Of a DNA stretch of 48,100 nt, positions 35,162 to 43,727 are shown piece after piece. The position numbers and the translations under genes were made by a program. Location of the stretch: positions 1 through 48,100 of IMG/VR virus record IMGVR_UViG_3300027627_000419; one strand, given 5' to 3'. Numbering within the stretch: the first letter of the stretch is position 1; each line of letters opens with the position of its first letter. Under the pieces are notes generated by a model. That model was not told the origin of the DNA. It saw nothing but the letters and a program-made list of their open reading frames with translations, and did no database searches. Source of the DNA: a virus (taxonomy: Duplodnaviria > Caudoviricetes).

Positions 35162-35449
35162 ATGAAGAGTAAAAAACGAAAAGACTCTTTCGGGACAAGG
35201 AAAGAGATGCGTTTAGGAATAAAAATGTGCAAGAGGTCTCTTCTCTGGTGTAAAAAGGCGATTCAAGAATCTCTCGTGGCGATAAACGAGGTAATAGCCA
35301 GGGGAGAGATAGATGAAGAGGATAGGGTATATTTTCAAGGAGTAAGCGTCTCCGTGAGTAAATTAAGGATTATCGTGGCGACACTTTGTCGTAGAGCGGA
35401 TTTAGATCAACGACTGCTAGAAGAGCTGCTCAAAAAATACAAAAAATAA
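35162..35449 (+). CDS. Hypothetical basic protein
   Basis: 95 aa ORF downstream of the promoter. Confidence 0.65.
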   Translation: MKSKKRKDSFGTRKEMRLGIKMCKRSLLWCKKAIQESLVAINEVIARGEIDEEDRVYFQGVSVSVSKLRIIVATLCRRADLDQRLLEELLKKYKK

Positions 35450-35462
35450 ACAAGAAAATACA

Positions 35463-35936
35463 ATGGATAATCATAAAAAAATGGTGCTAACCCATAACCT
35501 CCAGAAAGAAACCTTTTGCGAATTTGGGGTTTCAAAAGTCCACGGAATAGGATGTTTTGCCGTAAAGGATATACCGGAAAAAACGAACCCGTTCAGAAAG
35601 TGTAATCTATTTAGTTTCGAAAAATCTCATGTTTTTACAGAAGAAGAACTAACAGCTCATCTCGATGAATCGGTGATAGCTTTTATTAAAAAATTAATTT
35701 CTCCTTCCGACGAAGGCTTCTACGCGATCCCAGCAAACGGGATGAATTCTGTAAATTTATCCTTTTATTTAAACCATTCTGATTCTCCGAATATGAGGAC
35801 TGGCATCGACAACGCATCAAAAACTTCATATCTTTCTTTCTTTTCTCTAAGAGAAATAAAAAAGGGAGAAGAGCTTTTTATAGATTACAGAAAAGAATTC
35901 GGAGAAGTCATTGGGAATAAACTTTTAGCAAGATGA
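35463..35936 (+). CDS. SET-domain lysine methyltransferase
   Basis: 'SKVHGIGCFAVKDI', 'YLNHSDSPN', 'REIKKGEELFIDY'. Confidence 0.9.
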   Translation: MDNHKKMVLTHNLQKETFCEFGVSKVHGIGCFAVKDIPEKTNPFRKCNLFSFEKSHVFTEEELTAHLDESVIAFIKKLISPSDEGFYAIPANGMNSVNLSFYLNHSDSPNMRTGIDNASKTSYLSFFSLREIKKGEELFIDYRKEFGEVIGNKLLAR

Positions 35937-37105
35937 TAAACGACAAAACAATATGCTTGACCATGATAGTGAAGAACGAATCTCATATCATTCTTCAGAC
36001 TCTAAAAAATTTATGTAGCCTTATAGAGTTTGACTATTGGATTGTTGCGGATACGGGGTCGACAGATGGAACGCAAGAGCTCATCAAAGAGTTTTTTAAG
36101 AGCAAGAAGATAAACGGAGAAATCCATCAAAGAGAGTGGAGAAACTTTGGATTTAACAGGACGGAAGCTTTTAAATTGGCGGAGTTTAAGAGCGACTACG
36201 TATTCATCTTTGACGCTGATGACCTACTTCACGGGGAGATTTCTTTCCCAAAAACCCTGGATAAGAACCTTTACCTTTTCAAATTTGGAGACGAATTCGT
36301 TTATTGGAGGCCGCTTCTTTTCAAGAATAATTTAGATTGGAGATTTAGGGGGGTTCTTCACGAGTATGCAAGTTCTCCTTTTTCTGGGCCACCAGAGAAC
36401 CTAGAAGGAAACTACTCGGTAGAATCGAGAAGACTTGGGGACAGAAATAAAGATTTCAAAGCTAAGTTCGAAAAAGATGTTCGAACGCTTGAGGAGGAGC
36501 TAAAGGAAGAGCCGAACAACGAAAGGTATCTCTTTTATTTGGGGCAATCGTACAAAGATGCTGGAATTTTTGATAAGGCGGTAGAAGCTTACGATAAGAG
36601 GATAGCCGTGGGAGGATGGCCAGAGGAATGTTATTTCTCTCTTTTTCAAAAAGCAATATGTATCAAAGCGATGGGGAATTGGCCGGAAGCAGAAAAGGCT
36701 TTTTTAGCCGCCTACGCTTACCGGCCACAGAGAATAGAAGCTATATTTGAGATCGGAGAGCATTATAAATCCATTAATAATTTCTCTTTAGGTTATTTAT
36801 ATTTATCGTTAGCCGCCAAAAACAGAACGACGGAAGACTCCCTATTCATTTCCTCAGACATTTACGAATGGAGAGCGTTGGATTCGCTTTCTGTTTGCGC
36901 TTATTACATAGGTCGACAAGAAGAAGCTATGGACATAAGCTCCGAACTGCTGGAGTCTCGCAGTTTTCCAGAAGAGCAAAGGGGCAGACTTGAAGCAAAT
37001 AGGCTTTTTGGCATAGCCTCAAACGGAGGGAAACTCGAAGAGTATCCAGACAGAGAGGTTAGACTATTGAAATTAAAGTTTGAGCCTAGGGAGATTAGAG
37101 CTTAA
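35933..37105 (+). CDS. GT2 glycosyltransferase with TPR-like repeats
   Basis: ICLTMIVKNE, DTGSTD, FGFNR, FDADD, GVLHE, 'RYLFYLGQSY.D'. Confidence 0.85.
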   Translation: MINDKTICLTMIVKNESHIILQTLKNLCSLIEFDYWIVADTGSTDGTQELIKEFFKSKKINGEIHQREWRNFGFNRTEAFKLAEFKSDYVFIFDADDLLHGEISFPKTLDKNLYLFKFGDEFVYWRPLLFKNNLDWRFRGVLHEYASSPFSGPPENLEGNYSVESRRLGDRNKDFKAKFEKDVRTLEEELKEEPNNERYLFYLGQSYKDAGIFDKAVEAYDKRIAVGGWPEECYFSLFQKAICIKAMGNWPEAEKAFLAAYAYRPQRIEAIFEIGEHYKSINNFSLGYLYLSLAAKNRTTEDSLFISSDIYEWRALDSLSVCAYYIGRQEEAMDISSELLESRSFPEEQRGRLEANRLFGIASNGGKLEEYPDREVRLLKLKFEPREIRA

Positions 37106-37875
37106 TGATTACCTTTACAATTACTTCGTGCAAAAGATTAGACCTTTTCAAAAGAAGCGTTAATTCTTTCTTGAATTCGTGTCTGGACTCATCCTTAATA
37201 AGTCAGTGGATTTGCATAGATGATAATTCCTCACAGGAAGACAGGGAGGAAATGAAGCGTTTGTATCCGTTTTTTGAGTTCATATTCAAGAGTAAAGAGA
37301 ACAAGGGGCACGCCAGAAGCCTGAATCTCTTGCTTGAGAATATTAAAAATAAATACTTTTTTCAAACGGAGGACGATTGGGTATTTTTGCAAAAGAAAAC
37401 ATATCTAAGCGATTGTCTTGAAATTTTAAACGAAGACGAGAGACTTGGCCAGGTCGTTATGAACAGGAATTACGCAGAACACGCAAATAACGAAGGCTTG
37501 AATTTGGTCGGGGGGTTTCCACAAAGAACGAAGATAAGCGGTAAAAGATATATCGTGCATGAGTTTTATAATCGGGGAAGCGAAAGTGAGGGAGAATTCT
37601 GGAAAAAAAATCCCACAGCCCAAAGCTGCTGTTATTGGCCTCATTTTTCATTGAATCCGTCCTTGATAAAATTTGACATATTCAAGAAAGTCGGGACATT
37701 TAACGAAACGGCGAGTCATTTTGAAATGGAATTCGCTGGGAGATATACTAATAATAATTATCTAACAGCTTTTCAGGATGGAGTCTACGTATCTCACATC
37801 GGGAGAAGTAACAAAGACCGACAGGACACGGAAACAAAAAACGCTTACGAACTTAATGGAACAAAACAATTCTAA
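37105..37875 (+). CDS. GT-A fold glycosyltransferase
   Basis: TITSCKR, IDDNS, EDDW, FSLNPS, HIG. Confidence 0.8.
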   Translation: MITFTITSCKRLDLFKRSVNSFLNSCLDSSLISQWICIDDNSSQEDREEMKRLYPFFEFIFKSKENKGHARSLNLLLENIKNKYFFQTEDDWVFLQKKTYLSDCLEILNEDERLGQVVMNRNYAEHANNEGLNLVGGFPQRTKISGKRYIVHEFYNRGSESEGEFWKKNPTAQSCCYWPHFSLNPSLIKFDIFKKVGTFNETASHFEMEFAGRYTNNNYLTAFQDGVYVSHIGRSNKDRQDTETKNAYELNGTKQF

Positions 37876-38545
37876 GAGGAACGAAACAGTTCAGAATGCC
37901 GAAAGCTACAGAGAGGAAGATTTCTCTCTGATAAGAGCTGTCGTCTCTAGCGAAGACGAAGAAGCTTTTAGTATTTTAATTCAGAAGCATCGAGACAAAA
38001 TAAAAAAGTCTATATTTTCTTTCGGAGCAAAAGAGGAAGAGTGCGAGGAGATAGTTCAGGGGGTTTTCATCAAGCTTTGGAAAAATCTTAAACATTTTAA
38101 GTTTCAAAGCTCATTTTATACATGGTATTATCGCATAGCGTATAATGTTTTCGTTGACGAACGAAGAAGAGCCTCAAGAAGTCGGTTAGTTAACATAAGT
38201 CAGTTGGTGTCTATGGCGAACGAAAGAACCAAACAGGAGAGCGTAGATACTCTTTTTGATCTTCTGAAAAATAGATCTACGCATGACTACACGGACAATA
38301 TTTTAAATCCTTATGAAATTATAGAGAACACAGAGAAGGACCAAGAAGCGAAGAGTATAGTTAAATATGTTCTTAATCGCCTCTCTTCAAAACATAAAGA
38401 GGTCCTAGAGCTTTTTGAATTTGATGATCTTTCGTACGTTGAGATAGCTAAAAAGACTAACAGCTCGATAGGGACGGTTATGTCTAGACTATTTTATGCT
38501 AGAAAGCATGCGAAGAGGATTTTAAAGGGTAAAGTAAAGAAATGA
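37856..38545 (+). CDS. ECF-type sigma factor (RpoE-like)
   Basis: 'EEIVQGVFIKLWKNL..F..QSSFYTW.YRIAYN' and 'LSYVEIA....SIGTVMSRLFYARK'; start taken at ATG 37856. Confidence 0.9.
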   Translation: MEQNNSKRNETVQNAESYREEDFSLIRAVVSSEDEEAFSILIQKHRDKIKKSIFSFGAKEEECEEIVQGVFIKLWKNLKHFKFQSSFYTWYYRIAYNVFVDERRRASRSRLVNISQLVSMANERTKQESVDTLFDLLKNRSTHDYTDNILNPYEIIENTEKDQEAKSIVKYVLNRLSSKHKEVLELFEFDDLSYVEIAKKTNSSIGTVMSRLFYARKHAKRILKGKVKK

Positions 38546-39276
38546 GATACATCTTTGGAGGAATAGGAGACTTTCTTCAAAGCATTGATGATATCAAGGC
38601 GGGAGAAAAGGTAAGGGTTTATTCTCATTTTAAAGATATTGAGGGCTTCTTTAAACCCCTGGGAGTAGACTCCTCTTCTTTCTATTTTGAAGACTCGTCT
38701 TTCGCTCGTGATGATTATTTTATCCATTCGTCAGAAGGAGTAAAAAGAAGCATTTTTCAAAATTTTAAAATTCCAGAGAAGAGCGCAGAGATGGCAAGAA
38801 GAAACGCCACAGGCAAAGGGCGTATCATTGGAATACATCCGGTAGGGAGCAAATTTTCTAATGAATTGTATTCTCGCCTTAGCCTTCCTGTTAAATTCAT
38901 TCCGCCTTCTCTAGTAAAGAAAATAATAAATAAAGATAATTATTACTTTCTATTTGGAACAACAGAAGAACTAAAGCAGTACAAAAGAGAGATCGAGGGC
39001 GATAATATATTTTGGGTTGAATATGACAATATATGGGACAGCTTATCTCACGTCCTTTTCTGCGAGAAGATAGTCGCTATAGACAGCTCTGTTAAAACTA
39101 TGGCGAGCGTAAAGAGGATTCCAACAACCGTTCTGCTAGGAGATTTTAAGGATGACGGTAGAGATTTCAATTTTATAAATCCTTATGTAGAGGCTGGAGT
39201 AATGAAGATCTTTAAATTTAAAGACATAGCTAAAGAAGAAAACGAAATACTAAACTTTTTAAATAAAAATATATGA
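38542..39276 (+). CDS. GT9-like glycosyltransferase
   Basis: GGIGD, IGIHP.GS, AIDS. Confidence 0.65.
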   Translation: MRYIFGGIGDFLQSIDDIKAGEKVRVYSHFKDIEGFFKPLGVDSSSFYFEDSSFARDDYFIHSSEGVKRSIFQNFKIPEKSAEMARRNATGKGRIIGIHPVGSKFSNELYSRLSLPVKFIPPSLVKKIINKDNYYFLFGTTEELKQYKREIEGDNIFWVEYDNIWDSLSHVLFCEKIVAIDSSVKTMASVKRIPTTVLLGDFKDDGRDFNFINPYVEAGVMKIFKFKDIAKEENEILNFLNKNI

Positions 39277-40070
39277 AAATAATCTATCGTGCGTGCGAAA
39301 AGGTAAATAGCGTAAATGGTCTGCCTAGAGCTTGGGGATACTCGAAGAGGGAAACGATAGAGTTATGCTTCAAGAGCCTTGTTAAAGCTTTGGAGGGGAA
39401 AGAATACGAATTACATATTATTGGAGATAGTCTGTCAGATGATTTAATTGAGTTTTTTAAGAATACAGACCCGAAGACTCGGGTCGAAAACTACGAAAAC
39501 CTAGGGAATCAACAGAGCATCCTGAAGAGCTACGAGAAAGCCGACGGGTTTTCAGATGATGATGTCATTTATTTCTGTGAGGATGACTATCTTCATTTCT
39601 ATCCTGTTTTTTACGCCAAAAGCATGAGCTTTATGGAGATGATGAAGAACGGAAAATCTCATTTCTTTTTCCATCCAACAGATTATCCAGACCAATACAG
39701 CCAAAACAAAATTAAAAAAAGCTATGTTTTAGCAAACGCAATGGGGCATTTTCGAGAGGTTTCTAGCACTACGTTCACGTTCATGTGCTACGGGAAGACG
39801 TACAAGAAGTTCAGCGAGCTATTCAAGGACTGCGCTGTTCATAAACATGTTATTGACCCTGAGACTAAGAGCGTTACAATATGGGACGTTGGCGGGGACG
39901 ACGGGAGACTTTCTAAAATCTTTGGGAAAGAGGCTCTCTGTTTTAGTCCTCTTCCTGGGGTGGCATCTCATTGCCACGAAGGGACAATGAGTTTATTTAT
40001 CGATTGGGATATCGTTAAAGAGCACGTTAATCAAGGATTTCCAGATAAGCTGAAAATAAAGGTTGGCTGA
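39273..40070 (+). CDS. GT-A fold glycosyltransferase-like protein
   Basis: 'IYFCEDDYLH', 'P.DYPD.Y', 'STTFTF', 'SPLPG.A.H'. Confidence 0.65.
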   Translation: MKIIYRACEKVNSVNGLPRAWGYSKRETIELCFKSLVKALEGKEYELHIIGDSLSDDLIEFFKNTDPKTRVENYENLGNQQSILKSYEKADGFSDDDVIYFCEDDYLHFYPVFYAKSMSFMEMMKNGKSHFFFHPTDYPDQYSQNKIKKSYVLANAMGHFREVSSTTFTFMCYGKTYKKFSELFKDCAVHKHVIDPETKSVTIWDVGGDDGRLSKIFGKEALCFSPLPGVASHCHEGTMSLFIDWDIVKEHVNQGFPDKLKIKVG

Positions 40071-40071
40071 G

Positions 40072-40326
40072 ATGGACGAGTTAGATCAAGAATTACGCGT
40101 ATTAGATATGTATCTAACTACGTGTCAAAAAAAAGAATTCTTGCTAGAGGGCGTTTGGCTCGCTTTTAAACACAAAGAAAAACATCCAAGCTGGAGTATT
40201 CTAAAGTGTTTTGAGGCGGCGATTTGGGATTGGCTGCTTTCCGAAAGCAAGAGAGAGATGCTTCCTAATCTGAAGGATATAATAAAAAGAATAGAAAAAA
40301 TTAAGAAGAAAAAAGATGTTTCCTAA
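40072..40326 (+). CDS. Hypothetical protein
   Basis: Fills the operon gap; alternative TTG start at 40063. Confidence 0.6.
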   Translation: MDELDQELRVLDMYLTTCQKKEFLLEGVWLAFKHKEKHPSWSILKCFEAAIWDWLLSESKREMLPNLKDIIKRIEKIKKKKDVS

Positions 40327-40903
40327 AGTATCCATCATTGTCCCTACGCTGGGAAGACCCGAAGGACTTAAGCGGTGTCTTGATTCAATAGTCAACTTAA
40401 ATTATCCCAAAAGTAAAATAGAGATCATAGTAATAGAAGACGTCCCCCGCTTAGGAGTTCCGAAAAGAGTTAAGGAGGGGGTAGAGAAAAGCTCCGGAAG
40501 CTTTATCGTTTTTGCCTCTAATGACATGGAATTTGAAAAGAATTGTTTGCTAGAAGCTCTTCGGGAAACAAAAGCTCTTGTAGCTTTTAATTCTGGGGAA
40601 GTTTATCCAGACGGAGGAAACATCTGCGAGCACTTTATTATTAGAAAAGACTTTATAGCAAAAATAGGTGGGGAGATTTTTGATACAGAATTTAATCATC
40701 TTGGAGTAGATAATTTACTTTGGGCGAAGTGTTTGAAATTAAACGAGGCGACAAGAAGCGAGAGGGCGGTAATTCATCATCATCACTTTACAAAAGGGGC
40801 GACCTTTGACAAGGTTTATGCGATAGCTTGGGAGCAAGAGCTTGCGGGAAGAGATAGAGAGCTTCTGAGAAAAAAACTAGAACAACTGAACGAAACATTA
40901 TGA
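40316..40903 (+). CDS. GT2 glycosyltransferase
   Basis: 'VSIIVPTLGR...CLDSI..LNYP', SND, 'GVDN.L'. Confidence 0.8.
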   Translation: MFPKVSIIVPTLGRPEGLKRCLDSIVNLNYPKSKIEIIVIEDVPRLGVPKRVKEGVEKSSGSFIVFASNDMEFEKNCLLEALRETKALVAFNSGEVYPDGGNICEHFIIRKDFIAKIGGEIFDTEFNHLGVDNLLWAKCLKLNEATRSERAVIHHHHFTKGATFDKVYAIAWEQELAGRDRELLRKKLEQLNETL

Positions 40904-41442
40904 CAAAAAAAGTTTTAAAAAAAACGAGATGCTATTTAGTCGGGCACATGGAATACGCCAATGGAGAAGACTGGCGTAGAAGCGTTGAGGTAGAGTTGGA
41001 TAAAATGGGAATCATTGCTTTCAATCCCTACAAGAAGCCGTTTCTTAAAGACGTAGGAGAGGGGGAAGATTTTCGGGGCAACATGAAAGAACTGATGGCT
41101 AGAGGAGCGTTTGGAGAGGTCGGGAATCGAATGCATGAAATAAGAATATACGATTTGAATTTGGTTGACCGTTCTGATTTTATCCTTGCCCACATAATCC
41201 CAAGCGTGGCTAGTTGGGGAAGCGCGGAGGAATTAGTTACCGCCGTGAGGATGAAGAAACCTATTTTTATTTCTATTGAGGGGGGCAAGAAGAATACTCC
41301 GCTTTGGCTTCTGGGAATGCTCCCGCATAAATATTTCTATAATTCTATTTCAGAGATTTTAGAGGTACTAAAGAAGATAAACAGCGGAGAAAAAGAGATC
41401 GACTCAGATAGATGGAGACTTTTAAGAGAAGAGCTTAGATAG
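40900..41442 (+). CDS. Nucleoside 2-deoxyribosyltransferase-like / nucleotide N-hydrolase
   Basis: YLVGHM, WR, FNP, 'DLNLVDRSD', 'SWGSAEE', KP. Confidence 0.75.
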   Translation: MTKKVLKKTRCYLVGHMEYANGEDWRRSVEVELDKMGIIAFNPYKKPFLKDVGEGEDFRGNMKELMARGAFGEVGNRMHEIRIYDLNLVDRSDFILAHIIPSVASWGSAEELVTAVRMKKPIFISIEGGKKNTPLWLLGMLPHKYFYNSISEILEVLKKINSGEKEIDSDRWRLLREELR

Positions 41443-41445
41443 ATT

Positions 41446-42219
41446 ATGAATACAACAGATTTCAATAATGTTTTTGATAAAAGCGTTTCGACATACAACG
41501 CCTCCTTAGAAAGTAAGGAAAGTATTTTCGAGTCTTTCCGTTCGCAAAAGGAGATCTATGGATATATCGACAACGGAGATTATCCTCCAGACAGTGTCGC
41601 CGTTGCTATTTCTGAATACACGAATAAAGAGTTATACAATAAATACGAAGAGCATAACCGTAAAAAATTAATCCTAGGATACAAAAACAGCCCGCAAACA
41701 CACGCAGGCTATACGAATCTTGACAGCAGACACATAATGATGTCTGTATTGTTGTTCTCTTGGCTCAAGCAGGAGGTAGGAACGGTTGTAGAAATAGGCG
41801 GTGGATTCGGGAACTGGCTGCGCCTGAACACCTTTCAGTCGTTTGATAAGTGGTCTATCATAGATATGCCTCACGTCGGGTTATTACAGCGTTGGTTTTT
41901 GGCAAAAGAAAAGGTGGACGAATCTAGATACGAATTAGTGTCCGCGTTCGATTATGACGGGTGGAATTGCAAAAACTCAGGTTATGACTTGATAATTGGA
42001 AGCCATAGTCTTTCGGAGTTTGCTCTTCCTATTTTTGAAGAGTATTTCAACAAGGTTGTGTTAAAATCTAAATATTTATTTTTTTGCTACCATCTTTGGG
42101 CTTCAGACTCCATAGCGAAGAAGATGGAAACGATAGAAAAGAACTTTACGTTGGTGAATTCTGCTCTTTCTGAGAATAACGAAGTAGCGAATAGCCTCTA
42201 TAAGAATAAGTGGCCATGA
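41446..42219 (+). CDS. Putative sugar O-methyltransferase
   Basis: VEIGGGFG, IIDMP..LQ..FL, 'DLIIGSHSLSE'. Confidence 0.75.
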   Translation: MNTTDFNNVFDKSVSTYNASLESKESIFESFRSQKEIYGYIDNGDYPPDSVAVAISEYTNKELYNKYEEHNRKKLILGYKNSPQTHAGYTNLDSRHIMMSVLLFSWLKQEVGTVVEIGGGFGNWLRLNTFQSFDKWSIIDMPHVGLLQRWFLAKEKVDESRYELVSAFDYDGWNCKNSGYDLIIGSHSLSEFALPIFEEYFNKVVLKSKYLFFCYHLWASDSIAKKMETIEKNFTLVNSALSENNEVANSLYKNKWP

Positions 42220-42297
42220 ATATTCATATGCATAACGCAGAATTTGCAATTAATAAGATTAAAAAATCGAACGAAACACACAAGAAGGGACACATCA

Positions 42298-42519
42298 ATG
42301 AACGCTTCCCATGACCATTATTTTGACGTTAAACTATCCTACAAAGCGGTTAAAATCATTCGGGTAATCGCGACAAACCCGCAAGAAGCTCACAAAAAAG
42401 CCTACAATACCTTCATGGACACCCCTCCAGAAAAGACGCTTACAGACTCCCACATCGAAGACTTCTTCATAGAGACAAGCATCGCTGGAGAAGAGGGCAG
42501 CGATATGCTCCACGACTGA
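42298..42519 (+). CDS. Hypothetical protein
   Basis: 'V.A.NP.EA..KA' small phage-type fold; start taken at ATG 42298. Confidence 0.65.
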   Translation: MNASHDHYFDVKLSYKAVKIIRVIATNPQEAHKKAYNTFMDTPPEKTLTDSHIEDFFIETSIAGEEGSDMLHD

Positions 42520-42525
42520 TTTATC

Positions 42526-42560
42526 TTGACTCTCTTTGAAAAATAGTTTATAAAGGAGGT
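42526..42560 (+). promoter_or_regulatory. Sigma70-type promoter, leaderless geometry
   Basis: TTGACT-17-TATAAA-6-ATG(42561). Confidence 0.7.
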
Positions 42561-43019
42561 ATGAACATCAAAAACGTCTTGATCCTAGCAGCAGGATTAG
42601 GGGTTGGCTTCTCGTTTGTTTTAACAAACTCTTCCCCACAAAGGAAGATGCTTACGCAGAATGATATTCCTCGTCACCCTCAAGAGGTAGGGGTCGTTGA
42701 CCAAGCTAAACAGGCCGTCGCTGACAACGATAAGCTTTCAGACAACGCTCTTTCAGCGGATTTGTCTGCAACTGGGCTTTTTGATGATTTGCCGCCGAAG
42801 TTGACCCGAGAAGAGGTAGAAACAGCAAAAACCCTAAAAAGCTACACGACTATTCTCTGCTCTAAGAGGGGTTTTATTTTGGTAAATTCTCCGAGAAATA
42901 GGGCTTTAGTTAAAATAGCTGTTGACTTAAACACAAAGATAACGTTTAATGGAGGAGAGGTGAAGGTCGTGACTCTATCAGATACGATTCCGATAAGCTT
43001 CTACGACTTCATTTACTAA
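42561..43019 (+). CDS. Membrane-anchored/secreted hypothetical protein
   Basis: N-terminal hydrophobic helix. Confidence 0.7.
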   Translation: MNIKNVLILAAGLGVGFSFVLTNSSPQRKMLTQNDIPRHPQEVGVVDQAKQAVADNDKLSDNALSADLSATGLFDDLPPKLTREEVETAKTLKSYTTILCSKRGFILVNSPRNRALVKIAVDLNTKITFNGGEVKVVTLSDTIPISFYDFIY

Positions 43020-43023
43020 AAAT

Positions 43024-43275
43024 ATGAAAACATACGAAGAAATTATCAAAGAAAACCAAGAGAGAATGGCTTTTCAAAAGACGTTTTCAAACGTCATGAT
43101 TGGGTTAACCGTATTCGCGGTGACTGTCTTGGGGGTAATTTGCAATAGAGAAGATAAAATTTCACAAAATAATGCTAAATTTTTCGCTGGTGAGCCGGGA
43201 TTTTCATACAAGAATAGAGGCTGGTGGATTAAGTTCCGTGAGGAGAACGACCCAGAGAAGTATATGAATCGTTAA
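43024..43275 (+). CDS. Single-TM hypothetical protein
   Basis: 'VMIGLTVFAVTVLGVIC'. Confidence 0.65.
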   Translation: MKTYEEIIKENQERMAFQKTFSNVMIGLTVFAVTVLGVICNREDKISQNNAKFFAGEPGFSYKNRGWWIKFREENDPEKYMNR

Positions 43276-43284
43276 ATAATTTAT

Positions 43285-43413
43285 ATGGCGTCGAAATCAA
43301 AAAACGTTCTGGGAAAGGGGACAAACCCAGGAAGTGCTTCAGTAAAAGCTACAAAGAGAATTACGATTCGATTAATTGGCGAAAGAATAAAAAAATCAAA
43401 AAAAACAAAATAG
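43285..43413 (+). CDS. 42-aa Lys-rich peptide (absent from the ORF track)
   Basis: MASKSKNVLGKGTNPGSASVKATKRITIRLIGERIKKSKKTK*; abuts the next ATG exactly. Confidence 0.55.
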   Translation: MASKSKNVLGKGTNPGSASVKATKRITIRLIGERIKKSKKTK

Positions 43414-43692
43414 ATGTTACTCCTAGAAGCTTTTATTATTACTCCAAAGAAGAGCGGCAACAAACTAAAGTGCTCAGTATGCGCTATGTCGTACTCCGTT
43501 AGAGATTATCTTCTTCTTTATAAGAGTAGTAAAATCATTTACTTTAACTTTCGCGCTCCTAAAGCAAAAAGAAAGACTCGTTTTTGTCACGAGTGTTTGT
43601 ATGCGGAGGCGAGAAAGATTCTTGCGAATCAGAAAGACGGTAAGCTTGTTTTGATAAACGAAAAAGGAGAAAGCATAGTCTGCGCTTTTTGA
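43414..43692 (+). CDS. Zn-finger-like hypothetical protein
   Basis: CSVC...CHEC. Confidence 0.65.
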   Translation: MLLLEAFIITPKKSGNKLKCSVCAMSYSVRDYLLLYKSSKIIYFNFRAPKAKRKTRFCHECLYAEARKILANQKDGKLVLINEKGESIVCAF

Positions 43693-43727
43693 TTGACTTA
43701 AAAACAAAAAACGACTAAGATAAAAAT
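43693..43727 (+). promoter_or_regulatory. Sigma70-type promoter, leaderless geometry
   Basis: TTGACT-17-TAAGAT-6-ATG(43728). Confidence 0.8.

Noticed and set aside
26034-35605. Other GTGTA occurrences (about 26034, 34093, 35600)
   Set aside because: They lie inside coding sequences with no ATG 9-10 nt downstream; expected by chance for a 5-mer.
42555-42560. GGAGGT as a Shine-Dalgarno site
   Set aside because: It directly abuts the ATG with no spacer and lies between the predicted -10 and the start site.
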